A DNA stretch of 63,905 bases, filler included, from Myxococcota bacterium (GTDB lineage Bacteria > Myxococcota_C > UBA6777): assembly GCA_023150835.1 (NCBI GenBank). It is 4 parts of 4 records of this genome, joined end to end, with 100 filler letters (N's around TTAATTAATTAA, not from the genome) between each part and the next. Parts side by side here need not be neighbours in the genome. Positions count along the whole stretch, not along the records: positions 18,085 to 35,650 come from JAKLKB010000139.1; 3 more parts are not named here. The stretch is one strand, 5' to 3'. Shown piece by piece: positions 18,095-29,200 of this stretch. Position 1 is the stretch's first letter. Each line of letters opens with the position of its first letter. Under the pieces are notes generated by a model that did no database searches, was not told where the DNA came from, and worked only from the letters and a program-made list of their open reading frames with translations. The translations under genes and the position numbers were made by a program.

Positions 18095-18482
18095 AAAACG
18101 CCAAAAAGCCGTGTTCACGGTACTTCAAGCGACAGAGCCGTCTGTTTGAAAAGCCTGCGCTCTCTTCGCCTACAAGGGGTCAAGGGGCCTTCGGTCCCTT
18201 GTGGGGCATGGGGCAAAGCCCCATAGGCGTTAGGTTAAGCGCTTGTTGGCCCCCCACCCCAGCCCTCCCCCGTGAACAGGGGAGGGAGCGAAAGTCGGAA
18301 GCAGCGGGGATGTTGTTTTTTCGTGACGCACGCTGTATGCACGACGCGCAGACGCTGCCCGTTCCAACTTCCCCCCGTTCACGGGGGGATTGAGGGGGGG
18401 GGCGACAAAAGAAACGGCGATCAGGCTAGACTATCCGGTGTTTCCACCTTAACAAGGCGCGTATGGGGCAAAGCCCCACAAA
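18095..18482. mobile_element. Family B core plus a complete family C element flanked by TGGGGCAAAGCCCCA on both sides
   Basis: 15-bp hairpin at 18209-18223 and 18464-18478; imperfect inner TIRs TAGGCGTTAGGTTAAG / CTTAACAAGGCGCGTA. Confidence 0.8.
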
Positions 18483-18509
18483 ATATGCCCAACCGCGAGA
18501 ACAACCGTC

Positions 18510-19226
18510 TTATCCTTCTTTTTCGCGACTACGCGGCAAGACGTAGCGTTGCCATTCGGCTTCAAACGCCAGAGACAGAGTTGACGGCATTCTATCCAAA
18601 AAGACGATGCCATCGAGATGATCGTACTCGTGTTGGATCACACGTGCGTGAAAGCCCGTGGCCTCAAATGAAACGGGCTGACCTTCGACATCCCACCCTT
18701 CGACATGGATCGTATGCGCACGCGGAACTTGCCCACGCAAGGCCGGGATCGACAAGCACCCTTCCCAATCTTGCACTTCTTCATTTCCCAAAGAAACGGT
18801 GGGATTAACCAAGACACGCGGAGCCACCTCAAACGCTTGTTCTTGGCGCATTGACGGAACGTAATACGCAAAACAACGCAGCCCGACCGCGACTTGTGGC
18901 GACGCAAGCCCCACGCCTTCGGCTTCAAACATCGAAGCCAACAACGATCGCGCAAACGACCGAAAGACCGGCGTTCCCAACACTTGGCTCGGTACAGGCT
19001 GCGCGATATCCCGCAACGTCGGATGTCCCAGTCGTACGATCTCCAAGAGTGTTGGGACATCCGATGTATCGGCACTTTCTGCTGTCTCCATCACCAGTTG
19101 AAAGGATCGATTCCGCTCAAGAGAACGCTGCCTAGACAGTTCTCGCTCCAGATCAACCAACATCTGTTCGGGTGAAACCACCTGATCCCATTTGAAAGGA
19201 GTGGCCTCGTGCTTTCTCTGTGACAT
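18510..19226 (-). CDS. def: Peptide deformylase (with N-terminal extension)
   Basis: GVGLASPQV, EGCLS and QHEYDHLDG motifs. Confidence 0.95.
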   Translation of the reverse strand: MSQRKHEATPFKWDQVVSPEQMLVDLERELSRQRSLERNRSFQLVMETAESADTSDVPTLLEIVRLGHPTLRDIAQPVPSQVLGTPVFRSFARSLLASMFEAEGVGLASPQVAVGLRCFAYYVPSMRQEQAFEVAPRVLVNPTVSLGNEEVQDWEGCLSIPALRGQVPRAHTIHVEGWDVEGQPVSFEATGFHARVIQHEYDHLDGIVFLDRMPSTLSLAFEAEWQRYVLPRSREKEG

Positions 19227-19250
19227 CGTTTATCCCCGTCTTTTCGAGCT

Positions 19251-20087
19251 TTACGACAAGCGCTTTTTCTTGCGGAAGTTGCGCACGTCTCGATCCACGA
19301 AAAACCGCATGATATTGGGCGTAGTGGTCGCGGCGAGGTGGATCATCTTCAGATCCATCTTGCCGGGAAGGATATGATAACGCCCCGCCGCTACGCCTTT
19401 GAGTGTCAAACGGGCCACATCATCCGCAGACATCAGTTTTGCGCTTCCTGCGATGGCCTTGGTTTCGGGGGGTTTGGTTTTGTTTTCTTCTTCGTACTGC
19501 GGTGTGTCCGTATCGGGCGGCATCACCAACGACATCTGGATCGCTGTATCCGCCAACTCGTTGCGCAACGCATCGCTAAATCCGTGTATCGCGAACTTTG
19601 AAGCCGCATAAGCCGTGTAGCCCACGATCGACATCACCCCCAAGATCGAGGTGACGTTGACGAGATGGCCTGCGTTTCGGGCGCGCATCTGTGGCAACAC
19701 CGCCCGCGTCATCCACACCGTCCCGAAATAATTGATCTGCATCATCTTCTCAAACACCGCAGGATCGGTGTTTTCGAAGTAGTCACAGTATGCCACGCCC
19801 GCGTTATTAAACAGCAGATCGACGCGCCCTAGCTCTCCCGTCAATGCCGAAACACCCGCCTCAACATCGCCTTGCTGGCTGATATCCATCGCACGCGCCA
19901 AGATCTTTTGTTCGGGCCGCTGCCGCACCCCTTCCATCGCGACTCGCGCTTCGTCGAGCAATCCCGGACGACGCGCTACGATCGCCACATCACAGCCCAT
20001 CTGCACAAGCTGCAACGCCAACGACCGCCCGATACCACTCGAACCACCCGTGACGATGGCGGATTTCCCTTCATACTTGCTTTTCAC
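19251..20087 (-). CDS. Short-chain dehydrogenase, 3-ketodihydrosphingosine-reductase-like
   Basis: TGGSSGIG, NNAG, YAASK, PPDTDTPQYEEENKTKPPET; GTG start after AAGGAG. Confidence 0.85.
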   Translation of the reverse strand: MKSKYEGKSAIVTGGSSGIGRSLALQLVQMGCDVAIVARRPGLLDEARVAMEGVRQRPEQKILARAMDISQQGDVEAGVSALTGELGRVDLLFNNAGVAYCDYFENTDPAVFEKMMQINYFGTVWMTRAVLPQMRARNAGHLVNVTSILGVMSIVGYTAYAASKFAIHGFSDALRNELADTAIQMSLVMPPDTDTPQYEEENKTKPPETKAIAGSAKLMSADDVARLTLKGVAAGRYHILPGKMDLKMIHLAATTTPNIMRFFVDRDVRNFRKKKRLS

Positions 20088-20431
20088 ATCGATCTCCTTT
20101 CCGAAACTGTCCACGATCTCGCGCTGCTCGACAAACCACGCCGTGTCCCTGTTATGTTGCGCGATCTCTTGGGTGTCTTGTTATGACACACGACTGTCCT
20201 AGTGCAGTGGGCTGCATCATAAAGAGGCCCCACACCCAACGCAACCCAAAAACACGAAACCCCTCCACCAAGCCCCATCCTCCGAGCCTGTATGTGGGGA
20301 TCTCAACAACGCTACGCTGAGACTTGACGCCTATTTTGTGATCTTCTATACCAGAAGCCTTGCCCAAGAAACGACTCGGCCAACCGCCTCGTAAACAGGC
20401 ACGCTCCCTTGCTTAGTAAAAGGAAGATTTT

Positions 20432-23400
20432 ATGGCACCAAAAAGCCCGTCATACGAACGTTTTCTCGACCTCTGGATCACCCTCGGATTGGTCCTGCTC
20501 GCCGCCGTCCTCTACGTTCCTTATCTCGGAACCTCCCCACTTTGGGACCCTTGGGAAGCCCATTACAGCCAAGTCGCGATGGAGATGGTCTGGAAAGATA
20601 GCTGGTGGATGCTTTGGTATCGCGAGTCCGACCGCAGCTTCTGGTCCAAACCTGTCTTTACTTTCTGGTTGATGGTCTCTTCGCTCAAAACTTTTCGCAT
20701 CCAACAGTTTGGCGATATCGCACAAGCCGAGTTCTATCTTCGCCTTCCTATCGCCCTTTTTGGCGCGACGGGCATCGGCTTCTTCTACTACTTTATCCGT
20801 AAACTCTGGGATCGCCGTGTCGGTCTGCTCGCCGCGCTAATCCTCGCCACTTGCCCCCAATACTTCTTGCTCTCGCGCCAAGTGATGGTCGATATCCCCT
20901 TTATGGTTCTGGCGATCTGTGCGCTCGGATTCCTTGCGCTCGGCATCTTCGGCCAAGAAGCTGACGAAGACGATGCACAACGCAAACAAGGCGCACTCAC
21001 AACACTCGCTGTCGCGGGCATCTTCTTCGCCATCCAGATCGTCGAAGTCCTTTATTGGCAGTCCGTCTCCAACCAAAGCTTGCGCGAAACATGGAGCCAA
21101 AGCAACTACGCGTGGACCGCCATCGGCCTGTTTTTGGTCGTCTGGTCCGTCGTTCGCTATCTCGTCGCCAACCCACAAACCCGCGCCTTTTACCTGTTTT
21201 TCTTCTTTAGCGGTCTTGTGTACCTCGCCAAAGGGCTTCTCTCCATCGTCCTCCCGGGCGGCATCTTGTTTTTCTACATCGTCCTTGCGGGAGATTGGGA
21301 TCTTCTGCGACGGATGCGCCTTGTGTATCTCTCCGAACACATCAGCCTGCGCGCTTCGATCTGGCTCGCTGCCCTCAGCGGCTTTTTCGCGATCTTTGTG
21401 ATCGTCTATCCCATGTTTCAAAACACCAGCCTTGTCCAACTTCTCGCTGGACTCTGGACCCAAAAAGTCGAATTCGTCCGAAACAACCAAACCTTTGTCT
21501 ACTATCCCTTTGCTTGGCTCAAAGCACTCCTCGGATATCTCGATACCTTCGTCTTGATCCCCTTTGCCAAACTCGCTCCCGCAGGTTCGGCCTTCTCCAA
21601 TCCCACCTACCAGATCCGCTTCTTGATCGCTGCTGGATTGCTGCTGTTGATCTGGATCGTCGCTCTATCCGGCAAAAACAAGCGCGTGGCCTTCTTCCTC
21701 CCCCTTGGTGGTGCCCTCTTGCTGTGGGAACTCTTGACCCACGCAGGCATCTACCAATTCGCTCTCCGCCTTCCCATCGGCTCTTACATCATCCAAACCA
21801 AAACCACTTCCATCCACGTCTCTTTGCTTCTTTCGCTGATCTTGATCGCCATCCCATTGCTCAAACGCGAGAACTTCTGGTTTCGCGCAGGCACCATCAC
21901 AGGCGCTGGACTCGTCCTCTATTACGCCCTTGCTCCCGTCCAATTGGGCGCAGGACTACGCAACACCCTCAGCAACCTCTTCTACCAAAACAACAATGTT
22001 TGGACGATCTTTGTCCTTGCCCTGATGGCGGTACTTTACGCACAACTCACCAAAGAAGATCCCGAGGCTCCCGCCTCTTCCCCGCTTCAATCCACACAAG
22101 CCGAATACCTCAAAGCCTTTTTCTTCCCGGGCGTCCTGCTGTTCCTTGTTGTCGCTGGAACGTGGACCTATTACATGAACCTCCATCACGGCCTTCCCTT
22201 CATGCGAGAATGGTTTGTTTATCACCATTTCTCCCGCGTGGCCGGCGTGATCGAAAAACCCAACGATAGTTTCGACCTGTATGTCCGACAAATCGGCTTT
22301 GGACTCTTCCCTTGGGCCGCCATGATCCCGATCGCCTTGTTCCGCTTTATGCAGTGGTCTTGGCGCGACTTTACCAACCGACTTGGCTTGCGCAACTACT
22401 TCTTCTTCTGCTGCTTTTTCTTCCCCTACTTTTTCTTTACCTTCTCTTCCACCAAGTTTCACCACTACATCTTCCCTGTTGTTCCTTTCCTCGCCTTGAT
22501 CGTCGCCGTTTGGCTCTCCCGCCTATTCCTCGAAAATGGCGTCACCAAAGAGCGCATCGGCCTCGCCATCTCGCTTCTCTTCTTTGTCCTCCTTGCCAAG
22601 GACTTGATGACCAACTACAAACCCCTCCACCAACTCTTTACCTACTACTACACCCGCGAAACTCCGCCCGATGTGTATCCAAGCAACTTCTTTAGCATCG
22701 TGTTCGCGCTGATCGGCCTCGGCCTCTTTGTCTCCCTGCTCAGCCGCAAGATGCGCCCCGCTCATTTTGCCCTTGTGTACGTCCCTGTCACCCTGTTTGT
22801 GTTGTTTGTCAACGTCCGATTGATGCCTGCCATCGGCGAAAACTACTCCTTCAAAAGCGTATTCGACGAATACAAACGACTCGACAAACACGCCCAAAAA
22901 GAAGCCCACAACCGCAAGTTCTTGCGCAAAGGCATGACCGTAAAACAAGAACTCACCGTCCTCAACCGTGGCAAAACCCCCTTCGGCGAATACAGCAACT
23001 GGGACGAACGCTCGACCTCTTTCTACACCAAAAACTTTAGTACCTACTTGGGACGCGCTGACGATACACGAAACTTTATTCAGCGCCACCCCAACGTCTA
23101 CATCATGGTCAAACACCAAGAGATCCCGATGCTGCGCCGACTTGCCGCAACTGTCGGCAAAAACATCTATATCGTCGCTCGTCCCCACTTTGAGATGTGG
23201 CTCGTCTCTACCCAACCCGCAGCAGGTGGCCGCACCAAAAGCGATATCATCTTCCGTTCTCGCCCTGATATGCGCGGTCCCAACTGGAAACAACTCAATA
23301 TCAATTTTGACAACAAAGTCCGTCTGATCGGCGTTTGGCAAAATCAGCCCAACGGCTACAAACGCGGCGACAAAGTCGAACTCCGCTTCCTCTTCCAAGT

Positions 23401-23716
23401 GACGGGCCGTATGCGCCGCAACTGGCGCGGCTTCATCCACGCCGATCCCGTCACATGGACCCGCAATCGACTCAACTGGGATCACGAGATGTCCGAAGGA
23501 CTCTACCCCACCAGCGAATGGAAGGTCGGTGAATACGTCCAAGATGTCGTGATCCGACGTATCCCCCGCAACTTCCCCGAAAATTACCTCTCCCTCTCCA
23601 TCTATATGGGCCTGTGGATCGGTAGCGACCGCCTGCCCGTCCTCTCCTCCCAAGGCGCCTATCACGACGGACAAAACCGCGTCAGTGCTCTCGTCCTCAA
23701 ACTCCTCCCCAACTGA
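20432..23716 (+). CDS. ArnT/PMT-like (GT-C) polytopic glycosyltransferase with a soluble C-terminal domain
   Basis: LWDPWEAHY, WSKP, RLP, KGL, TKFHHYIFP motifs; many TM segments. Confidence 0.88.
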   Translation: MAPKSPSYERFLDLWITLGLVLLAAVLYVPYLGTSPLWDPWEAHYSQVAMEMVWKDSWWMLWYRESDRSFWSKPVFTFWLMVSSLKTFRIQQFGDIAQAEFYLRLPIALFGATGIGFFYYFIRKLWDRRVGLLAALILATCPQYFLLSRQVMVDIPFMVLAICALGFLALGIFGQEADEDDAQRKQGALTTLAVAGIFFAIQIVEVLYWQSVSNQSLRETWSQSNYAWTAIGLFLVVWSVVRYLVANPQTRAFYLFFFFSGLVYLAKGLLSIVLPGGILFFYIVLAGDWDLLRRMRLVYLSEHISLRASIWLAALSGFFAIFVIVYPMFQNTSLVQLLAGLWTQKVEFVRNNQTFVYYPFAWLKALLGYLDTFVLIPFAKLAPAGSAFSNPTYQIRFLIAAGLLLLIWIVALSGKNKRVAFFLPLGGALLLWELLTHAGIYQFALRLPIGSYIIQTKTTSIHVSLLLSLILIAIPLLKRENFWFRAGTITGAGLVLYYALAPVQLGAGLRNTLSNLFYQNNNVWTIFVLALMAVLYAQLTKEDPEAPASSPLQSTQAEYLKAFFFPGVLLFLVVAGTWTYYMNLHHGLPFMREWFVYHHFSRVAGVIEKPNDSFDLYVRQIGFGLFPWAAMIPIALFRFMQWSWRDFTNRLGLRNYFFFCCFFFPYFFFTFSSTKFHHYIFPVVPFLALIVAVWLSRLFLENGVTKERIGLAISLLFFVLLAKDLMTNYKPLHQLFTYYYTRETPPDVYPSNFFSIVFALIGLGLFVSLLSRKMRPAHFALVYVPVTLFVLFVNVRLMPAIGENYSFKSVFDEYKRLDKHAQKEAHNRKFLRKGMTVKQELTVLNRGKTPFGEYSNWDERSTSFYTKNFSTYLGRADDTRNFIQRHPNVYIMVKHQEIPMLRRLAATVGKNIYIVARPHFEMWLVSTQPAAGGRTKSDIIFRSRPDMRGPNWKQLNINFDNKVRLIGVWQNQPNGYKRGDKVELRFLFQVTGRMRRNWRGFIHADPVTWTRNRLNWDHEMSEGLYPTSEWKVGEYVQDVVIRRIPRNFPENYLSLSIYMGLWIGSDRLPVLSSQGAYHDGQNRVSALVLKLLPN

Positions 23717-23832
23717 TACGAGATCCGAGTGATGCGCACACAAAGAGCCGACGCGATCCGTTGTAAACGCCCTATGGCTGGGCAGCCCCTGTGGCTGCCC
23801 CTACGTTGATCACACAATGGGCGGATTTCGTA
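23717..23832. mobile_element. Family D element (inverted), directly after the glycosyltransferase stop codon
   Basis: TIRs TACGAGATCCG / CGGATTTCGTA; REP GGGCAGCCCCTGTGGCTGCCCCTAC. Confidence 0.85.
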
Positions 23833-24775
23833 TAACCCCACCCTCCGCCCCCATCTGCCCCACTGCACGCCGCACACACTCACGAAACCAACCGTGCCGC
23901 TCGTCACGTTCATACCGCTGATGCCAGATCCCGAACATCTCGATCTGACCGACTTCTACAGGCACTTCCAACATCACCACTTCTACCCAACGCATCACTT
24001 CGTGCGCCAGCCGCCACGGACAAGAGAGCACATAGTCCGATCGCAACAGCACAAACAACGCCGTTGAAAATTGCGGAACAGTCCGCGCCACTCGCCGACG
24101 CCTGCCTTTTTTCTCCAACGCCTCATCGATCGAACCCAACGCGGACACACCACGCGGTGCCACCAACAAATGTGGCCAACACACATAACTCTCCACTCCC
24201 CACACTTCCGACAAAACAGGATGTCCCCTCCGCACCAAACAGACCAGACGATCCGCAAACAACGGCTCACTCTTCCAATGCACAGACATCGGAAGATTCG
24301 GCGCGATCACCATCTCCACACGATCTTCATTCAAAAAGTCGCCAAAGTCCCCTTGCATCGGGAAAACATGCAAGTTCAGATCAGGTGCCTCCGCACGCAT
24401 CACCGCCTCCAAAAAACCAAACAGCACCAAATCCACATGATCCGATGTCATCACGCGCATCGCCCCTTGCATCCGCGATGGCTCAAAACGCTCCGACACC
24501 CGCAGGATCTGTTGCATCTGCTCGACCATCCGCTGCAACGGCTCTCTGAGCTCGCTCCCCATCCGCGAAAGGCTCATCTCTCGCCCCGAACGGATCAACA
24601 AGGGATCGCCAAAGTGACCACGCAGCCGAGTCAGCGCGTTGCTCAACGCGGGCTGCGTCAGCCCCAGTCTCTTGGCTGCTTTCGAGACGCTTTGCTCCTG
24701 CAACAACACATACAGCGCGTGCAACAGATTTAGATCCACCGCTGCCAAACGACTTTTCCCCTGCTGAGCATCCAT
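23810..24775 (-). CDS. LysR-family transcriptional regulator
   Basis: DLNLL..SVSKAAKRLGLTQPALSNALTRLR HTH; divergent from an oxidoreductase; stop codon lies inside the family D element. Confidence 0.95.
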   Translation of the reverse strand: MDAQQGKSRLAAVDLNLLHALYVLLQEQSVSKAAKRLGLTQPALSNALTRLRGHFGDPLLIRSGREMSLSRMGSELREPLQRMVEQMQQILRVSERFEPSRMQGAMRVMTSDHVDLVLFGFLEAVMRAEAPDLNLHVFPMQGDFGDFLNEDRVEMVIAPNLPMSVHWKSEPLFADRLVCLVRRGHPVLSEVWGVESYVCWPHLLVAPRGVSALGSIDEALEKKGRRRRVARTVPQFSTALFVLLRSDYVLSCPWRLAHEVMRWVEVVMLEVPVEVGQIEMFGIWHQRYERDERHGWFRECVRRAVGQMGAEGGVIRNPPIV

Positions 24776-24922
24776 CACAAACTCCCATCCGATCGAGCAC
24801 GCCCACAACTATTCACCCCGTGAATGTTATAGATACAAACAATCGATTTGTGAAACCTTTTGTTTCCGCTACTCTTGATCACACGATTGCTCCAGTTTTT
24901 CCCCACAACCACGGAGTCCACC

Positions 24923-25867
24923 ATGAAGATCCTACAATTCGATCAATACGGCGATATCGATGTCTATCAATTCAAAGAACTGCCCACCCCCACACCGCAG
25001 CCCAACGAAGTGCTTCTCGATGTACGGGCTGCCGCAATCAACCCCCTTGACGGAAAGATCCGCAAAGGGCAGATGGGCTTTATGGTCGGAAACCGCTTTC
25101 CCAAAGGCGTCGGGGGTGATGTGGCCGGTGTCGTCGTTGCGATCGGAAAAAACGTCAAGTCTCTGAAAGTTGGCGATGAGGTCTTTGGCGTCGTTGCCAT
25201 GAAAAGCCCCTATGGCTCGGTCGCAACACAAACCCTTGCCCCTGCCCATCAACTCGCCCTCAAACCCAAGCAGATCTCTTTTGCCCAAGCTGCCAGTTTG
25301 CCTGTCGTCGCCAACGCTGCGCTCGTCGGCCTACGTGATGTGCTCCACCTCAAACAAGGGCAACTGATCCTACTCAACGGATGTACGGGCGGAATCGGGA
25401 TCATCGCCATCCAGATCGCAAAGATCATGGGCGCCCATGTCACAGGCGTTTGCGCCACCCAAGGCGTCGAACTCGCCCGTTCCCTCGGTGCTGACGACGT
25501 GATCGATTACAAAAAACAAGACGTCTTGCAAACCTCCAAACGCTTTGACGCCCTGTTCGAACTCTCTGGCCGCCTGCCTTTCGCCAAAGCACGAACCCTC
25601 CTCACCCCCAAAGGTCTCTTCCTTGACCCCGCACCCAGCCCCAAAACGCTCATCACCAGCACACTCGCCAACCCCTTCCGTGCGCAAAAATGGAAAATGT
25701 TGATGGCCGACTTCGCCCCCGGAAACCTCGATCAGCTCGCTCAATGGGCCGCACAAGGTAAACTTAAAACACACCTCGACAAAACCTTTCCCTTTGAACA
25801 AGCCCTCGATGCCTACCGATACGCCGAATCCCAACCCGTCCAAGGAAAAGTCGTCATCGCACTCTAA
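24923..25867 (+). CDS. NADP-dependent MDR/quinone-oxidoreductase-family protein
   Basis: AAAINPLD, GGDVAGVV, NGCTGGIG, GADDVIDY, GKVVI. Confidence 0.92.
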   Translation: MKILQFDQYGDIDVYQFKELPTPTPQPNEVLLDVRAAAINPLDGKIRKGQMGFMVGNRFPKGVGGDVAGVVVAIGKNVKSLKVGDEVFGVVAMKSPYGSVATQTLAPAHQLALKPKQISFAQAASLPVVANAALVGLRDVLHLKQGQLILLNGCTGGIGIIAIQIAKIMGAHVTGVCATQGVELARSLGADDVIDYKKQDVLQTSKRFDALFELSGRLPFAKARTLLTPKGLFLDPAPSPKTLITSTLANPFRAQKWKMLMADFAPGNLDQLAQWAAQGKLKTHLDKTFPFEQALDAYRYAESQPVQGKVVIAL

Positions 25868-26220
25868 CCTCCCCCTGTTCGCCTACTCTTGCCCGTCTGC
25901 CCGTCCCCTTTCGCCCCCCGCTCTTGCCCATCTGCTCCAAACCAACGAAGCGCCGCCCGCTCTTGCCAACCACACACGCCCTCTGCTAACAACATTTTCG
26001 GATGTTGGTTAACCTGCCCAAACAAAAACATTCAACCCTTCGAGACAACTCCAAGGCTCTTTGGGTCGACAATGTTCACAAAGCGCCATCTCTCCACACC
26101 CCCCAACGCTCCAATTCTCGGCGCAAATATTCACAAATCATCCGACATCGCAGGGAGTTCCTGCTCCTCTCATCGTACTTCAACAAGAATCGAAGGCATT
26201 CATCGCAACGAGGAAAGATC

Positions 26221-29200
26221 ATGAAACAAAGTACATTTTTTGTGTGGGTCGCCTGCTGTTGGCTCGCCCTTGCGCTTACACCCTCCACAGGGTGCGACAG
26301 CCGAGGCGTCGGCAATGGAAATTGTAGCAAAGACGAAGATTGCGCCGTCGGCTTTTGCCGAGACAATGTCTGCACAGGCGGATGCAAAAGTGACGCCGAG
26401 TGCCAAGGCGGAACCTGTCTCAACGGCGTTTGCCAAGGCTCTGGATGTAAAAATAACACAGACTGCCAAAACGGTGCCACCTGCGCAGACGGACGATGCC
26501 TCCCTTGTCAGGCTGACCAACAATGCGATCAAGGCCATGTCTGCGTCGGCGGTACATGCAAAAAAGGCGACTGTCACGGCCCTGATAGCGTCTGCCCCGA
26601 AGGCCAAGTTTGCAAAAACAACAAATGCTCCCCTTGCGACAACGACGCCGAGTGCGGTGCCGGGCGGATCTGCAAAGAAGGCAAATGCGTGGAAGGCTGC
26701 CGCGCCGACAAAGACTGCAAAGACGGCAAGTTCTGCAACCCCGCCTCCAACACTTGTGTGATCTGCTTCAAAAACGAACAATGCCCCGCCGGTGTTTGCG
26801 ACACCGCCGCCAACCTCTGCCGCGACTGCGTCGAAGACAAAGATTGCAAAAACGGCCAAGTCTGCGATGGAAACCGCTGTGTCGCTTGCCGCGATGATGC
26901 CCGATGTGGCGCTGGTAAAGTCTGCGCCGCTGGGGCCTGCAAAGACGGTGATTGTAAAGAAGACAAAGACTGCAAAGACGGTAAAGTCTGCAAAGAAAAC
27001 GTCTGCAAAGGCTGCGACAACGACCGCGATTGCCCCCAAGGCTCGCTCTGTATCAGCGGCGCTTGCAAAAGCGGAAACTGCCGAGACAACAAAGATTGCG
27101 CGGGCGGATTCGTCTGTGTCAACAACAACTGCGGCGCTTGCACCAACGACACACAATGCGGCACCGGCCAGATCTGCGAAAACGGAAAATGTCGCGCAGG
27201 TTGCCGAAAAGACACCGATTGCGCAAACAACCAAAAATGCGATGTCGCCACCAGCACCTGCAAAGGCTGCCTCAAAGACACCGATTGCCAAAACGGCCAG
27301 ATCTGCCGACAAAATACTTGCACAAGCTGTCTCAACAACAACGACTGTCCCGCCGGGTTTATCTGTCTCCAAGGCGCATGCACACAAGGCGAATGTCGCA
27401 ACAGCTCCGAATGTTCCAACGGAAAGATCTGCGTCAACAACAAGTGTGAAGCCTGCACCACCGATAGCCAATGCGACAACGGAAAGATCTGTGATGCCGG
27501 AAAATGCCGCGATGGCTGCCGACAAAATGGAAACTGCCCCGCAGGAAAAGTCTGTGACCCCACCAAACTCACCTGCGAACAATGCGCCACCAACCAACAC
27601 TGCCCCAACGGCCAAATCTGTAAAAACAACACCTGCCAAGACTGCGCCACAGACGCCGATTGCTCAAGCGGCCAGATCTGCGATGCTTCCTCCAAACGCT
27701 GCCGCGATGGTTGCCGCAAAAATGCCGATTGCGCAAACGGCCAAGTCTGCGACACCGCCCAAAGCATCTGCCGCGAATGTCTCGCCAACAAAGACTGCCC
27801 CAATGGCCGTATCTGCAAGCAGTTCCGTTGTGTCGCCTGTACCGACGATGTCGATTGTCAAGATCCTTCCAAGATCTGCGATGGTACCGGCACTTGCGTC
27901 ATCGGATGCCGACGCGATAGCCAATGCGCCGCTGGCGAGATCTGCTTCAATAACAAATGCCGCACGGGATGCCGCAACGATAGCGACTGCACCAACCAGA
28001 TCTGCGACCCTGCCAGCCTTACCTGCAAAGATTGCACGCTCAACCAACATTGCAAAAACGGCCAAGTCTGCCAACTCAACAAATGCGTGGCTTGCACCGC
28101 TGACGCACAATGCGGAACAGGTGAGATCTGCGATTCAGGCGCTTGTCGGCCCGGATGTCGCAAAGATGCCGATTGCGCAAACAACCAAAAATGCGACCTC
28201 ACCTCCAATCGCTGCGAAAACTGCGTCTCCAACAGCGACTGTCCCGGCGGTCAGATCTGCCAAAACAACAAATGCCTCCCCTGCACCACCGACGCAGAGT
28301 GTGGCGCTGGCAAACTTTGCATCAACCAGATCTGTCTCCCCGGAAACTGTCGCACAGACGCCCAATGCACAAACGGCCAAGTTTGCGTCAACCGCTTCTG
28401 TTCCCCCTGCTCTCTCGATAGTCAATGCGGTGCGAATCGTATCTGCCTCAACGGCGCTTGCACCCCCGGGAACTGCAAAAACAACAACGATTGCCCCGGC
28501 ACGGTCTGCAAAAACAACTTCTGTGCCCCCTGCACCACCGACACCGAGTGCAAAACCAACCCCACCGCAGATCGCCTCTGCAGCACACCCAGCGGACTCT
28601 GTTTCCCCGGAAACTGCCGCACCAACAGCGATTGCTCTGGCACCGATATCTGCGTCGCCTTCAACTGCACCACTTGCCCCACCCTCCAGTTCTTCACCAC
28701 AGGCCGACTTGAAACCTATGTCGGTGAAAACTACGCCATCAAGCTCTCTTTCCTCCCCGCCAACGCGCTCCCTTCTCCCACCAACTGGCGCATCGTCAAC
28801 GGCCCTGCTTGGATGCTCTTGAACAAACTCAACGAGTCCGAAGCCGAAATCAAAGGCATCCCCACCCAGTCCACCACCACCACCGTGTCCGTCGAAGTCG
28901 CGGTCGGAAACTGCAAAAATACCACCCAGTTCTCTCTGCGCGTCTACCCCAAACTGGTCTCCCGCATCACCAACTACCTCACCGGCAGCAGCACCACCCG
29001 CGTTGCCAACCCCGGAACCACCATCGATGGCGGAAAAGCCCCCTTTAGCTGCCGATTCTACACAGGTGACGGACGAGGCATCCTGCCCTCTTTCATGTAC
29101 ACAGGCGGAACCTTCGGCATCTTTGGTGTGACACTCGACGCAAATGACGCAACCAACTGCACCTTGCTTGGTCAACCCAACCAAAACACCAACGACCCCG

